Source: the human T2T-CHM13v2.0 reference genome, Homo sapiens. From it: a DNA stretch of 64,000 nt. The DNA lies in contig CP068257.2 in NCBI GenBank assembly GCA_009914755.4, forward strand, positions 15,584,001 to 15,648,000, in the 5' to 3' direction. Shown piece by piece: positions 1-14,000 of this stretch (the stretch's first letter is position 1; the number at the start of each line of letters is the position of its first letter). The position numbers and the translations under genes were made by a program. The notes below the pieces were generated by a model that was not told the origin of the DNA, did not search any database, and saw only the letters and a list, made by a program, of their open reading frames with translations.

Positions 1-1308
1 AAATCAGGTATTGGCAAGACTCTCCATATGATCCATCTTGGGGGAAAATTCCTCACCATCTGTGGACCTATAAAACTATAAAACGAGTTGTCTGCTTCCA
101 AAATACAAAGGTGGGATAAGCATAGAAAAAACATTCTCATTCCAAAGGAGAAAACTGGAAGAAATAAAGGGGTCGCTGGTCTCCAGTAAGTTTGAAGCCC
201 TACAGGAAAAATTCTGTTAGGTTTCAAAACCTGAGAAAATTCTCCATAGCTCAAAGCTCTGTCCACTGGGCCCATGAAGGCTCTCCTCTCCGGACTTAAA
301 CAGAACCCATCCTCTGCTCCCAGGAAGGCTCGTTGGCCACTGCCTCTGCATTCAAAATACTGCCCTCAGAATTATTACTCTTTTTTATTGTAAAGGGGCA
401 CATATTTGCAGGCAAATTACTCTATTATCCTTTTTCTGCTTGTAGAATTTTGGGAGTTCAGAAACATTCTTTTATTTTATCCAATTCCTTTCAGCCAAAA
501 CTGTTAGAATTTCTCTTGGTATAACATTCTCAAAAATGTTGTGAGTCTCCTTTGTAATTCATAGGGTTCCACATGATTAGACAAGAGGATACTCAACAGA
601 TCCTTCCTTGAACACTTCATCTCTATTGCTGGATTCTCCTGAGACATTTTATTGGCTCCATAAGTCACACCCAATCTCTTCAGGAAAAGGTTGTCCAGCC
701 ACACATTTGGCCCTGTCCCCAGAGAATGCTTTTCTAGCAGCAAATTTTCTAACTTTGGCATCCTTTACAATGTGAATAGACCAAGAACTGTCCAAATTAT
801 CAAGTGCTCATTGCTTTTTTGCATGAGTTCCTTCTTCCATTTATCTTTTTCCTCTGGAATTGTACTATAAGCTGCAACTTCAACACTTTGCTTGGAAATT
901 TCCTCAGCTAAATATCCAAGTTTATTGCTTACAAGTTCCCCTCTCTCCCAACAGTAGACCACAATTCAAACAAGTTTTCTGCCATTTTGTAATAAGAATC
1001 ACCTTTCTTCCAGTTTCCAATAAAATGCTCCTCATTTCTTCCTGAGATCTCACTAGAAATACCTTTAATATTCACATTTCTATCAACCATGTCTTCAAGG
1101 CAATTTAGGCTTTTTCTATTATACACCTAAAAATTCTTTCAGCCACTTGCACATTTTTAGGTATTTCTTACAGCAGATCCCACTCTCAGTACCAAATCTG
1201 TATCAGTCAGGATTCCATCAGAAAAACAGAACCAGTGGGATGTTCACGGTATGTGACACATCCCCATTATGAAGGGTAATCTTCTTTATGTAAAGTCAGT
1301 TGTCTTCT

Positions 1309-1644
<336 letters not shown>

Positions 1645-3555
1645 TCATAGAAGCAGAGAGTAGAATAGTGGTTACCACAGGCTGAGGTGAAAGAGAAATT
1701 GGGGTGATGTTGGTCAAGGATACAATATTTTAGTTAGGAGGAATAAGTTCAAGAGATCTATTGTACTGTACAACCTGGTGACTATAGCTAATAATAATGC
1801 ATTGTATACTTAAAAATTGTTAAAAGAGTATATTTTAAGTGTGCTCATCACAAGTAAATGATATGTTCATGAAGCAATGTATATGTTAATTATCTTGATT
1901 TAGCCATTCTACAATGTATACACATTTCAAAACATCATATTGTGCACCATAAGTATGTACAATTTTTTGAGTCAAATGGGCAAATAAGTAAGTTTTTTTT
2001 AATGTCCACATAAAGATTGGCCATATGAAAATAGTTTGTTATATAATAGATGCTCCCCAAAGTTCCAGATCTCCAGAAAAGAAATAAATGGCATATTGCA
2101 TGAGACTAATAAAATTTAAAACGGTCCAAAGAAAGATGGCAATTTAATAGATAGAAACCATAACAACAGGCACTGAGCTAGACACTTCCTTAATACTAAT
2201 ACACAAGATAAGAATTATTTCCATTTTATAAATGGGGAAGTCATGGTTCAGCTGTATGAAGTCAATCGCTACTAATAAAAGTCAACATTTAAATATGTGC
2301 TACTTGAAATCTACCCTATATCAAAGTCCATGCATTCTCCACTGCTCCCAGTGGCCTCTTTTAGAAATGCTCATAATGTTTATGAGAATGGACAGATAGT
2401 GCACGCAAAAGGAAATCTCTTCCTTGCACCCAGCTCAACCACAACACCAAATTGACTTTGTCATAGTCTAGCTAACTTTTTTTTTTACAAAATAATAACC
2501 CCATAGAACACACAGACAAAAACATACACACCATTCAAAAAGTTTATACAATAAAAAGTAAGTTTTATTGCCAACCCAGATACCTAATCTCATTCTTCAC
2601 AGGTAAGCTTCATCAATATTTCTTACATATCTTTTTAAAAAATTCCCAGGCCCATCTATTCTTCTACATCTTTTTAAAGACAAAAAGGAGTAATATATTT
2701 GACACTTTGTTCTGTACCTTGCTTTTGTTTCCTTTTTTCTTTCTTTTTTCTTGTAAATTAGGTATTTTCTCCTCAGCACATAGAGGATTACACCATTTAT
2801 TTTAATGGGTAGTTTATTTTATGTCTATACAATAATACATTTAACCAGTTCTCTGTCAGTGTGCTTTTAGGGTTTTCTTGCTTTTTGATGTTCCAACAAA
2901 GCTGAACTCAACTTTTTCACACATGTGGGTGTTGTTTTCTTTTGCTCTCCTTCTTATTCAGCCCAGCTGTTCATCTCTGAGAGTCACATGGCCCTTGGTG
3001 TTTGCTATCTACTGTTCTTGTGCAGTGCCGAAACTCCCTTGCAAAAGAAAAATCTCTAGGGAGATTCTTGCATTTGTTCTCTACAGAGCTTTAAGAGCAA
3101 TACGGGTAAGCAAGTGTCACAATTTAGATGTTATTGAAAACAGATCTTCATAGGTTAACTTCTAACCTTAAATATTATACAACGTTGTAATAAGAAACAT
3201 GGCAAGGAAATTTAAAAATGCTTGCCAAAGTTAAAAGAAACCAATCACATTTTTATTATACTTCCTAAAAATTCATTTAGCTCTATTTGGAAACCCCTAC
3301 CAGTCTGAAGAGTCATACATTATTTCCTTGCCCTTATGCACTTTTTCACTTGACAGGCAGAAACCTAGTTTTCATTTTATTAAATGAAAATGAATACTCA
3401 GCAATACCTATCGTTTTTATTTATATTTTTAGAATACCAAACATCAAATAACAACTTCTGATGACACTGAGGCATGATTAATCATTATTATAACTCTATT
3501 GTGTCATCTCTGCAAATACTTTTCATTTGTCTTTATTTGTAGCAGATGAGGACTG

Positions 3556-3557
3556 CT

Positions 3558-3598
<41 letters not shown>

Positions 3599-3875
3599 GA
3601 GTCTCACACTGTCTCCCAGGCTGGAGTGCAATGGCAGTGATCTCGGCTCACTGCAACCTCCGCCTCCCGGGTTCAAGCAATTCTCCTGCCTCAGCCTCCT
3701 GAGTAGCTGGGATTACAGGCACCTGCCACTACACCTGGCTAATTTTTTTGTATTTTTGGTAGAGAGAGGGTTTCACTATGTTGGCCAGGCTGATCTCGAA
3801 CTCCTGACCTTGTGATCCACTCACCTCAGCATCCTGAAGTGCTGGGATTACAGCCATGAGCCACCACACCCGGCC
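3556..3875 (-). mobile_element. Alu SINE (full length, minus strand) with target-site duplication
   Basis: Poly-T 3560-3595 followed by the reverse complement of the Alu consensus (gagacagagtctcac...gtgagccaccacacccggcc). Perfect 11-bp TSD gatgaggactg at 3545-3555 and 3877-3887. Confidence 0.9.
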
Positions 3876-4788
3876 TGATGAGGACTGTTTTCATTTCAAA
3901 AACAACTATTCAATTCAACTTCTTCAATAAAAAGTGAATTTAGTAATGGAATGAGCTGGTAAAATGCTTAACAACTTTTTGCTAATAGTACAATAAAAAG
4001 AATTTTTAAATGAACTATTATTTGAGCCAGAATAGCCCAAATATCCCCTAAATGACCATAACTTTTCACTTTTTTATATTGATTTGTTATAGGACAGATC
4101 AGCACCTTATAAAATGCTGTCCCACAGAACGATGCTCCATGATTGTTAATAGTTATAAGAACAAAAGGGTGGGAAAGGGAACATTTAATGTATAAATGTT
4201 CATTAAGAAACTTCGAAACAATGTACAGGATGAATCTTTTCACTTTTTTTCCCTTTGTCCTACTAGTCAGCATTCTCTGGTATTCTAGAAATCACCAGAA
4301 AGACCAGCATGCAAACTTAATCATGAATAGCTATGAAACAATGATTCTCCTTTTTAAAATCCTTAGAATAATGCAACTTAGAATGAATTATCTTCAGCAT
4401 TATGAGGAACATTGTTTTTTAAACGTTATCAACCTTAATGGATGTAACAAGTAGAAATGTTTCTATACATATAAGTCTCTTGTTAAAATTCTCTTTTTAA
4501 AAAAATCACTGTGTGACCTAATTTTCAAAATATCTGCTTTCTGTCTACCTTTCCCAACCTACTATTTCCCATTCAGCAAAACCATAAATTTCCTTTTTGA
4601 GATTTAAGCAAGAGGTTAACTCTTTTGTTAAGCACTGAGCCCTCATGTGTCACCCATCCCCTCTTCTGTGTTCCCAGGCCCTCTAGAAACCTACCACTTA
4701 TTTTCTTTTATCACATAGTACTATAATTTGGCATGTATTTTTCTGCCGGTTTTACTAGGCCCAAAGAACCTAAGGATCAGAGACAAAT

Positions 4789-4845
4789 TATTAGTATCAG
4801 TATTAGTGTTAGTGCTAGCATTAGTATCAGTATTTACAGGCATGG
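4789..4845. repeat. imperfect minisatellite (attagtatcagt / ttagtg units)
   Basis: Visible tandem units: attagtatcagtattagtgttagtgctagcattagtatcagtattta. Confidence 0.5.
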
Positions 4846-4912
4846 TACCTACACGGGAACCTGGAACTCTCCAAGCATTCAATAAATGTGTGTTAAATAA
4901 ATAAATGAGCAA
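4846..4912 (+). mobile_element. MIR/L2-type 3'-end fragment (ancient SINE/LINE tail)
   Basis: ggcatggtacctacacgggaacc...caagcattcaataaatgtgtgttaaataaataaatga resembles the MIR/L2 3' consensus (gcctggcacatagtaagcgctcaataaatgtt...). Confidence 0.3.
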
Positions 4913-5444
4913 AAGTGTCTCCAGAGCCTCCATGTTATCAATGTTTTTGTCAATAATTTAAATCAGGAAGAGAATCAGGTCTGTAGAAAATGTTTAAATT
5001 GATTTTTGCCAGAGAAGTGTTTTAAGTTAAATTGTAATACCTTCAGTTGAAGCATGCATTCCTCTTTCTACAGTCCTGACATCACTCTATTTTCTTCTAT
5101 CTGGCAGTTTCAAACTCTACTCTTACCTAGACTCTCACAGCAACTGAGTTTTCTACTTCTGGTCTAGATATTACATGAGAAAAAATATCCATTACGTTTA
5201 CAGGTATAAAATGGGTTGTACATAGAGAAAAGATATATTTTAATAAAAATGAAAATAGATATGTACACTTAAGTGGGAAAAGAAGTGAGAAAAATAGATA
5301 AGAAATAATACAGTGTGATCAATTTGTAAAGTAAGTTCTATAACATGATAGTGACATGGTAGCCATTAGAGCATATACTCACTCCACATCTTTAATGAGC
5401 ATTTAGGCAACAAGCAGAGGCTGACATGGAAAATGGGGAAAGGG

Positions 5445-5916
5445 TTCCCAGGATGGCCACCAAGATGATTCAAGGTTAAAAAAGAAAACCTGGTCCAAAT
5501 AGGAAGAGAGGAAGTCAAATTGTCTCTGTTTGCAGGTGACATGATTGTATGTTTAGAAAACCCCATCATCCCAGCCTAAAATCTCCTTAAGCTGATAAGC
5601 AACTTCAGCAAAGTCTCAGGATACAAAATCAATGTCCAAAAATCACAAGCATTCCTATACACCAATAATAGACAAACAGAGAACCAAATCATGAGTGAAC
5701 TCCCATTCACAATTGCTACTAAGAGAATAAAATACCTAGGGATAAAATTTACAAGGGATGTGAAGGACCTCTTCAAGGAGAACTACAAACCACTGCTCAA
5801 GAAAATAAGAGAGGACACAAACAAATGGAAAAACATTCTATGCTCACAGATAGGAAGAAGCAATATCATGAAAATGGTCATACTGCCCAAAGTAATTTAT
5901 AGATCAATGCTATCCC
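5445..5916 (+). mobile_element. L1 (LINE-1) ORF2 fragment, reverse-transcriptase C-terminal / thumb region
   Basis: Translates to L1 ORF2-like peptide: ...[131 protein letters not shown]. It is cut off by the Alu at 5917. Confidence 0.85.
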
Positions 5917-6203
<287 letters not shown>

Positions 6204-6326
6204 GATGTCAATGGAGGTAGGTCAGATACTCTAGCAAAAACATAAATAAATATAAGAGGCATAAAAGAATATAGTACGTTTAGGAAATGGTGATAAGTTT
6301 GAATCATTAAAGGAAAGTATGTTGGT

Positions 6327-6639
6327 CCAGGCTCTGTGGCTCATGCCTGTAATCCAAGCACTTTGGGAGGCTAAGGTGGGCAGATCACTTGAGGTCAGGA
6401 GTTCAAGATCAGCCTGGCAAACACGATGAAACCCTGTCTCTACTAAAAAAAAATAAAATTAGCCAAGCATGCTGGCGGTCACCTGTAATCCCAGCTACTC
6501 AGGAGTCTGAGGCAGGGAAAGTTGCTTGAACATGGGAGGCAGATGTTGCAATGAGCCAAGACCAGGCCACTGTACTCCAGCCTGGGCCACAGAGCAAGAT
6601 TGTGTCTCAAAAAATAAAAAAAAAAAAAGAAAGAAAAGA
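6327..6639 (+). mobile_element. Alu SINE (full length) with TSD
   Basis: Starts ccaggctctgtggctcatgcctgtaatcc and is dimeric with an A-rich tail. 13-bp TSD aaagtatgttggt at 6314-6326 and 6640-6652. Confidence 0.9.
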
Positions 6640-7354
6640 AAAGTATGTTGGTGAGTATATCTGGAGAGATTTGTCAAAAACAATGGAACTAATAAAGTAC
6701 AAATGGAACCAATAAAATAAACTATTCCTAGACTGTGGTAAGTTTCACATGCTCTGAGAAGGCATATAGATATAGACTTTATATTATCATCAAAAGGTAA
6801 CTAACATGAGGAGTTAATCAAAGAGTAATATGGTTATGTTTTGCTTTTTTTCTTTCAGTAACATAACTTTAATAGCAGTAAGGAGTTATGGATTAGAGAC
6901 AGAAAAAGAGTAGATATGTGTATATCCATTAGGAAAACTTTGCTTAAGCCGAGAAGGGAATGAAGAGATGATAATAAAGTCAACATTTGAACTTAGCAAT
7001 TGGTTCTTTGCAATACACTGTGGAGATTAACAATTCAGGCTTTAAACTAGACTTCTAGGGTCTACAGCTACTTCTGCTATTATAAAACCACGAAGAAACT
7101 AACTCCTCTAAACTTCAGTTATGTGTCAGTTAAATAGTACTTCCTGGATAAGATTATGCTTGACATAATGCATGTAAAAGTACTCAGCGCCATTTGTGGT
7201 ACACAGTAAGAATTCACTGTTAAGTATCATTACTAGCTATGGTGAGGAGATAAAAGTAGAGAAAGAGAAATCCAGAATGATTCTCCGATTTCCTGCTTGA
7301 ATAATGAAGTACTAGGTAATGTTGGAAGAAAAATAGGTTTTGCAAAAAGGTAGG

Positions 7355-7378
7355 TCTCTCTCTCTCTCTTTCTCTTTT
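7355..7378. repeat. (TC)n simple repeat
   Basis: tctctctctctctttctctttt. Confidence 0.6.
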
Positions 7379-8094
7379 AGAATTATTATCTGCCTCTTTT
7401 TTCAATCCTAGTATTCTCCTTAACCTAGACCAGGAAGCTGAACCTGCTGGATATCTTCCATTTTCCCTTCAGATCAATTTTCTGCATCTATGAAGTAAGA
7501 AACCCAGCTTCTGCCAAGAAATCCTGCTGCTTCTAGCCTGAGTCTTACACTGCCTGTGGCTTCTTAGTGCCTTAAAAAACAATCCCTCCATTAAACTCTA
7601 CTGAAATTGTCCAATTGGATTGTGCCATCTCTGGTTCTGCAAAGACCCTTACTGATACATGGAAACTGGCATATCCTGGAATCAAGTCTCCTGGAGGGAT
7701 TGGGAGTGACAAGTATATCTCAATACATCAGAACTGATTATTTCCTACTCTATGGTGACCTACTCTAAGGAGATTCGAGGCAATTTTAAAAATCCAATAA
7801 AAGGGGGGTTAGAATATCAATCATAGCATGGAGGTTATAAAGTAGCAATTACTGAGGAAGCTTACCAGACAGGAGGTCCTGAGGGCAGCCATGCGAGAGG
7901 AGTATAATTCTGCTGGGCAGGTGTAGGAAGGATGGACTGTAGAAAAGACCAGGAATTCTGCAGGTCCAGTCACATAATTAAAGGCACTGGTGGGGAAAGA
8001 AATCATCAAGAATACATGCAAAGTTTGTGAAGGAGTATAAAAACACAGTTAGATAAAAAGAATAGAGAAGTTCTAGTATTCATAAGTAGAATAT

Positions 8095-8310
8095 AAAAAT
8101 TATAGTTAACAATGACTTATTGTAGATTTTAAAGTAGCTAGGAAAGAAAAATTGCAATGTTCCTAACACAAAGGAAAGATAAATGTCTAAGGTGGTGGAT
8201 ATCCCAATTACCCTGATTTGATCATTACACATTGTATACATGTATCAAAATACCATATGTACCCCAAAAATATGTCCAGCTATTATATATCAATAAAAGT
8301 AAACAAAATA
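8095..8310 (+). mobile_element. ancient L1 (L1M/L1PB-type) 3'-UTR fragment
   Basis: ...ttatagttaacaatgacttattgtagattttaaag...cattacacattgtatacatgtatcaaaataccatatgtaccccaaaaatatgtccagctattatatatcaataaaag is homologous to the L1 3'-end segment also present at 58640-58870 in this window (gtggtaatcacattacaatgtatacatatatcaaaatgtcacattatta...tttgtcaataa). Confidence 0.45.
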
Positions 8311-11049
8311 AGAATTTTAACAAAGTCAATGCAGCACAACACAACAAAAATCTGGTGGGACAACTCACACCCCAGTGGAGATCAACTCAGGATACTGATA
8401 GACCATGTGGATTGAGCTACCCTGCAAAAGGCAGAGGCTAGTTCCAAAGACTAGCCGAGGTGTCTGGAGGTTAGTAACAGTGATGGAAAAAGAGCTCTGG
8501 CCCACATGCCCCTCCCCTAGTGTCATCAGGACAATTAAAGCTTCTTTTTGCACTCAAATACTGTATTAGAAGGAAGAGGAGAAAAGAACCTTTGAGAGTG
8601 GAAGGAAATTTTGGGAGACTGAGTAGTTACCAGAAAAAAAAAAAATAAGACTAATATGCAGAACAGACTGATACATGCTTAATTGGCAAGATCTCATGCT
8701 ATCTGCCCTCGATAAGACTGTGTGCCTGAGAACAAAATGAGATGTTATAGAACACAAACATCTCGTTTATAATTTACCTTACATTTCTGTTTCTCAATTA
8801 ATGATGATTCAAACTGAACTTCACTGTATATATATAGTCATGCAATTTGGGCTAAAATGTGAGAAGCCAATAGGACATCCATGGAAAGATGGCCCAGTAT
8901 GTCTAAAGACATAGATTTGGAAGTTATTGGCATATAGGTCATGTTGGAGTCATGTAAGTGAATGAATTATCAAGGGCAGAAAGAAGAGAGAGGAAAAAAG
9001 GTAGAACTCCTGAGTAACACCAATAGTTATGGGATGTAGACAGAGAAATTACTAGAAGGAATAAACAGAGAGGTTGGAAGGTAATCTAGACACCGTGGTG
9101 CATGCAGAAAACCTAAGAGGAGAGAAAATAATTCTAAAGCGGGAATAATCAATACTGCCAAATTCTGCAGAAGGGGAAAAATAAGGATAAGGACAGAAAA
9201 GTGGCCAATAGAGTCTGTATCATAAATCCAGAGAGAGAAGAGAAAAAAAACTAAGACTACAGGTCTATTGTGCCATCAATGACTTGAGATATTGCCTTAA
9301 TACTGGCTAACAGAGATATTGTGTCTAACTGAACATCCTAGGAAGTTAATACAGAGGTTACTTCTTCTTATGCATATTTGAATAATATTAAATATATTCA
9401 TATAGCTATTAAAAAGTATAAGACAGCTATATAGTAAATTTACACTAGTATTTTATGAGCAGGAGGATATCCAACTGGGTTTCATTTATTCACTTTCATC
9501 AAAAAGCTACAAATAAGACACTGTCCATTTGTGTTACAATTCTTTGTATGCCTGTTGGTCCATTCTCTGTACTAGTTATTTGCAATTAAATGAGTCAAGA
9601 AGAGAGAATGGAAGAAACTGATGAGAAAAAGTACACTTTGGTACCAAAGTGTACCAAATATTTATATTAAATAATTTTCTGTTGGTAACATTCAAATTTC
9701 TCACTGTCAGCAAAACTTCAGCAGAAATTTCAGATCATGATGGTTGATGTGACTTGGTGCCCAAAAGTAACTGTGCTTAAGTTACATAAATAACTAAAGC
9801 CTGTCACAGATGTTTTTATCTACTAGCCCATGATCTATTTTATCTTTGAACTTAAGGAGTCCAAAAAGATTTGTCCAGAGACATGTTGTGTTTATAGGTG
9901 CAGTCTAGTGGGCATGCTGAGTATCTATTTTTCTAAACACACTATGTTGCATCCTGATTAAGTCATTTATATGCAAATGTTACACTGAATGAGATACCTG
10001 GTTTTTAAGGCTTCTCCATTGTGCATAACGCCTCCATCATAAACGTTGCTCACATGTTTAGATATTTATTCCTCACTGAGATATTTTTATCATCGATTGA
10101 CAGAAATATACCAGTGATTGCTCAGTACTATATACTATGCCAATTTTCAAATAGTCTAATGGGATAGAGCCTTCATGTCATTAAAGCACAAGTTTACAGA
10201 AACATAACTGCCCCGGGATTAGAAGATAATTTTAGTAGTCTTTGGGAATTTCATCCTTAACATTTAGGTTGGGGAAAGGGATTCCAGACACAAAGTCTGT
10301 CCCCTACCTTGAGAACAAAGCCTGAGAGTGTTATCCTGTGCACTCTAACGTTTTGCACAAAAATGTGTTACATTGAAGCAGATCACTCCAAGCCTGGGAT
10401 CTAATGGAGTGGGTCTGAGGTATGCCACCCACAAGTACCTTTCTTGACCAATGCATCAGCTTTTGGGAGTATTGGCTGCTAATAGCTCACAGCTAAGTGT
10501 TTCTCCTGGCATGTGGAAACCATCTAACCCAAAGTTATGCTCCGCCCTAGGGGCAGTTTACATCCAGTGGCTGGTTAACTGGCAAGGTGGAAAGATGAGA
10601 GTAAGAAAACCAATCCTTTATGTTTTAATTTGGGACAAATCTGAAGATCCATAAACTCCAGAGCTTCTTTGTTGCAATCACAAGGCATTTTCAACCTCTC
10701 CCTCTGCCTCATCCTGCTTCTTTCAATCCTTTCTAATCTAATTTCTGAGAGCATTCACCCATAAAATTTCTGCAAGCAAATCTCCACCTCAAATTCTGTT
10801 TCCAGGAATGGTGACCTAAAGCAGTTGAAGCCAGGAGTGGTCCTAAGAAGCAGTATATAAAATGGTATTTTAGAGCTGAGTCATCTGCTGATGGCTAGCA
10901 GTGAGGACCCCATCACTGGTGATAGGTAGAGCATTATTAGCTCCAGGCATATTAGAACAATGAAATTGTTAAGACTTTCACCTGAGATGAATGGGATCGG
11001 AAAAGAAAGCATTGTCTGGGGACAGAATCTCAAGCATTTGAGAAATTTG

Positions 11050-14000
11050 GGGAAAATACCCAGGCAAACAGCGTCTGGAGTGGACCTCCAGGAAACAGGG
11101 TCTGGAGTGGACCTCCAGCAGACCTGCAGCAGAGGCACCTGTTAGAAGGAAAACTAATAAACATCAATATCAACAAAAAGGATGTCCAAACATAAATCCC
11201 ATCCGAAGGTCACCAACATCAAAGACCAAAGGTAGATAAATCCACGAAGATGAGGAAAAACCAGTGAAAAAGGCTGAAAATTCCAAAAACCAGGCCTCTT
11301 TTCCTCCAAAGCATCACAACTCCTCACCAGCAAGGGAACAAAACTGGACAAAGAATAAGTTTGATGAATTGACAGAAGTAGCCTTCAGAAGGTAGGTAAT
11401 AACAAACACCTCCAAGCTAAAAAAAAAAAAAAAAAAAAAAAACATGCTCTAACCCAATGCAAGGAAGCTAAGAACCTTAAAAAAAGAGGTTAGAGAAATA
11501 ACTAACTAGAATAACAAGTTTAGAAAAGAACATAAATGACCTGATGGAGCAGAAAAACACAGCACAAGAACTTCATGAATCATACACAACTATCAATAGC
11601 TGAATCAATCAAGTGGAAGAAAGGATATCAGAGAAATTAAAGATCATATATAAAGTGTGAAGACAAAATTAGAGAAAAAAGAATTAAAAGGAACAAATAA
11701 AGCCTCCAAGAAATATGGGACTATGTGAAGAGACCAAACCTGCATTTGATTGGTGTACCTGAAAGCGATAGGGAGAATGGAACCAAGTTGGAAAACACTC
11801 TTCAGGATATTATCCAGGAGAACTTCCCCAGACTAGCAAGACAGGCCAACATTCAAATTCAGGAAATACAGAGAACACCACAAAGATACTCCTTGAGAAA
11901 AGCAACCCAAGACACAAAATTGTCAGATTCACCAAGATTGAAATGAAGGAAAAAATATTAAGGGCAGCCAGAGAGAAAGGTCAGGTTACCCACAAAGTGA
12001 AGCCCATCAGACTAACAGCAGATCTCTCTGCAGAAACCTTACAAGCCAGAAGAGAGTGAGGGCCAATATTCAACATTCTTTAAGAAAAGATTTTTCAACC
12101 CAGAATTTCATATGCAGCCAAACTAAGCTTCATAGGCGAAGAAGAAATAAAATCCTTTACAGACAAGCAAATGCTGAATGATTTTGTCACCACCAGGTCT
12201 GCCTTACAGGAGCTCCTGAAGGAAGCACTAAATATGGAAAGGAAAAGCCAGTACCTGCCCCTGCAAAAACATACCAAATTGTAAAGACCATTGACACTAT
12301 GAAAAAAACTGCATCAAACAACAGGCAAAATAGCCAGCTAACATAATGACAGGATCAAATTCACACATAACAATATTAACCTTAAATGTAAATGGGCTAA
12401 ATGCCACAGTTAAAAGACACAGACTGGCAAATTGGATAAAGAGTCAAGACCCATTGGTGTGCTGTATTTAGGAGACTCATCTCATGTGCAAAGACACACA
12501 TAGGTTCAATATAAGAGATAAAGGAAGATTTACCAAGCAAATGGAAAGCGAAAAAAGCACGGGTTGCAATCCTAGTCTCTTATAAAAGACTTTAAACCAA
12601 CAAAGATCAAAAAAGATAAAAGGAATCAATGCAACAAGAAGAGCTAACTATCCTAAATATATACGCACCCAATACAGGAGCACCCAGATTCATAAAGCAA
12701 GTTCTTAGAGACCTACAAAGAGACTTAGACTGCCACACAATAATAGTTGGAGACTTCAACACCCCACTGTCAGTATTAGACAGATCAATGAGATAGAGAA
12801 TTAACAAGGATATTCAAGACTTGAACTCAGCTCTGGACCAAGTGGGCCCGATAGACATCTACAGAACTCTCCACCCGAAATCAACAGAATATACAATCCT
12901 CTCAGCATCACATCACACTTATTCTAAAATTGACCACATAAATGGAAGTAAAACATTCCTCAGCCAATGCAAAATAATGGAAAACATAACAGTCTCTCAG
13001 ACCACAGTTCAATCAAATTAGAACTCAGGATTAAGAAACTCACTCAAAACCTCAAAACAACATGGAAACTGAGCAACCTGCCCCTGAATGACTACTGGGT
13101 TAATAACAAAATTAAGGCAGAAATAAATAAGTACTTTGAAACCAATGAGAACATAGGCAAAACATACCAGAATCTCTGGGACACAGCTAAAGGAGTGTTT
13201 AGAGGGAAATTCATAACACTAGATACCCACAGGAGAAAGTGGGAAAGATCTAAAATCAACACCCTAACATCACAATTAAAAGAACTAGTGAAGCAAGAGA
13301 AAACAAATTCAAACCTAGCAGAAGACAAGAAATAACTAAGATCAGAGCAGAACTGAAGGAGATAGAGACATGAAAAACACTTCAAAAAATCAATGAATCC
13401 AGGAGCTGATTTTTTGAAAAGATTAACAAAATAGATATACTGTTAGCCAGACTAACAAAGAAGAAAAGAGAGAAAGAATCAAATAGATGCAATAAAAAAT
13501 GATAAAGGGATTATTGCCACTGATCCCACAGAAATACAAACTACCATCAGAGAATACTATAAACACCTGTACACTTTATTTGTATAGAAGAAATTGATAA
13601 ATTCCTGGACATATACACCCTCCCTAGACTAAACCAAGAAGAAGTCAAATCCCTGAATAGACCAATAACAAGTTCTGAGATTGAGGCAGTAATTAATAGC
13701 CTACCAACCAAAAAAAAAAGCCCGGGACCAGATGAATTCACAGCCAGATTCCACGAGAGGTACAAAGAGGAGCTGGTACCATTCCTTCTGAAACTATTCC
13801 AAACCAAAGAAAAAGGATTCCTCTTTAACTCTTTTTACGAGGCCAGGATCATCCTGATATCGAAACCTGCCATAGACACACCAAAAAAAGGAAGTTTCAG
13901 GCCAATATCCCTGATGAACATCAATGCAAATATCCTCAATAAAATACTGACAAACCGAATCCAGCAGCACGTCAAAAAGTTTATCCACCACGATCAAGTC

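Noticed and set aside
1205-1300. gtatcagtcaggattccatcagaaaaacagaaccagtgggatgt..., resembling the start of an ancient interspersed repeat family of the cagggttctccagagaaacagaaccaatagg type
   Set aside because: The similarity is short and I cannot name the family with confidence from memory. It is truncated by the Alu at 1309. Not reported as a feature.
2878-3105. 76-codon ATG-initiated open frame ending exactly at a GTAAGC donor (possible first coding exon: MLFDVPTKLNSTFSHMWVLFSFALLLIQPSCSSLRVTWPLVFAIYCSCAVPKLPCKRKISREILAFVLYRALRAIR)
   Set aside because: Composition is Cys/Leu/Phe-rich and low complexity, with no recognisable domain. It ends in phase 0, which does not match the phase-1 start of the 29788 candidate. 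A single GT after an ORF is expected by chance. Kept as a note only.
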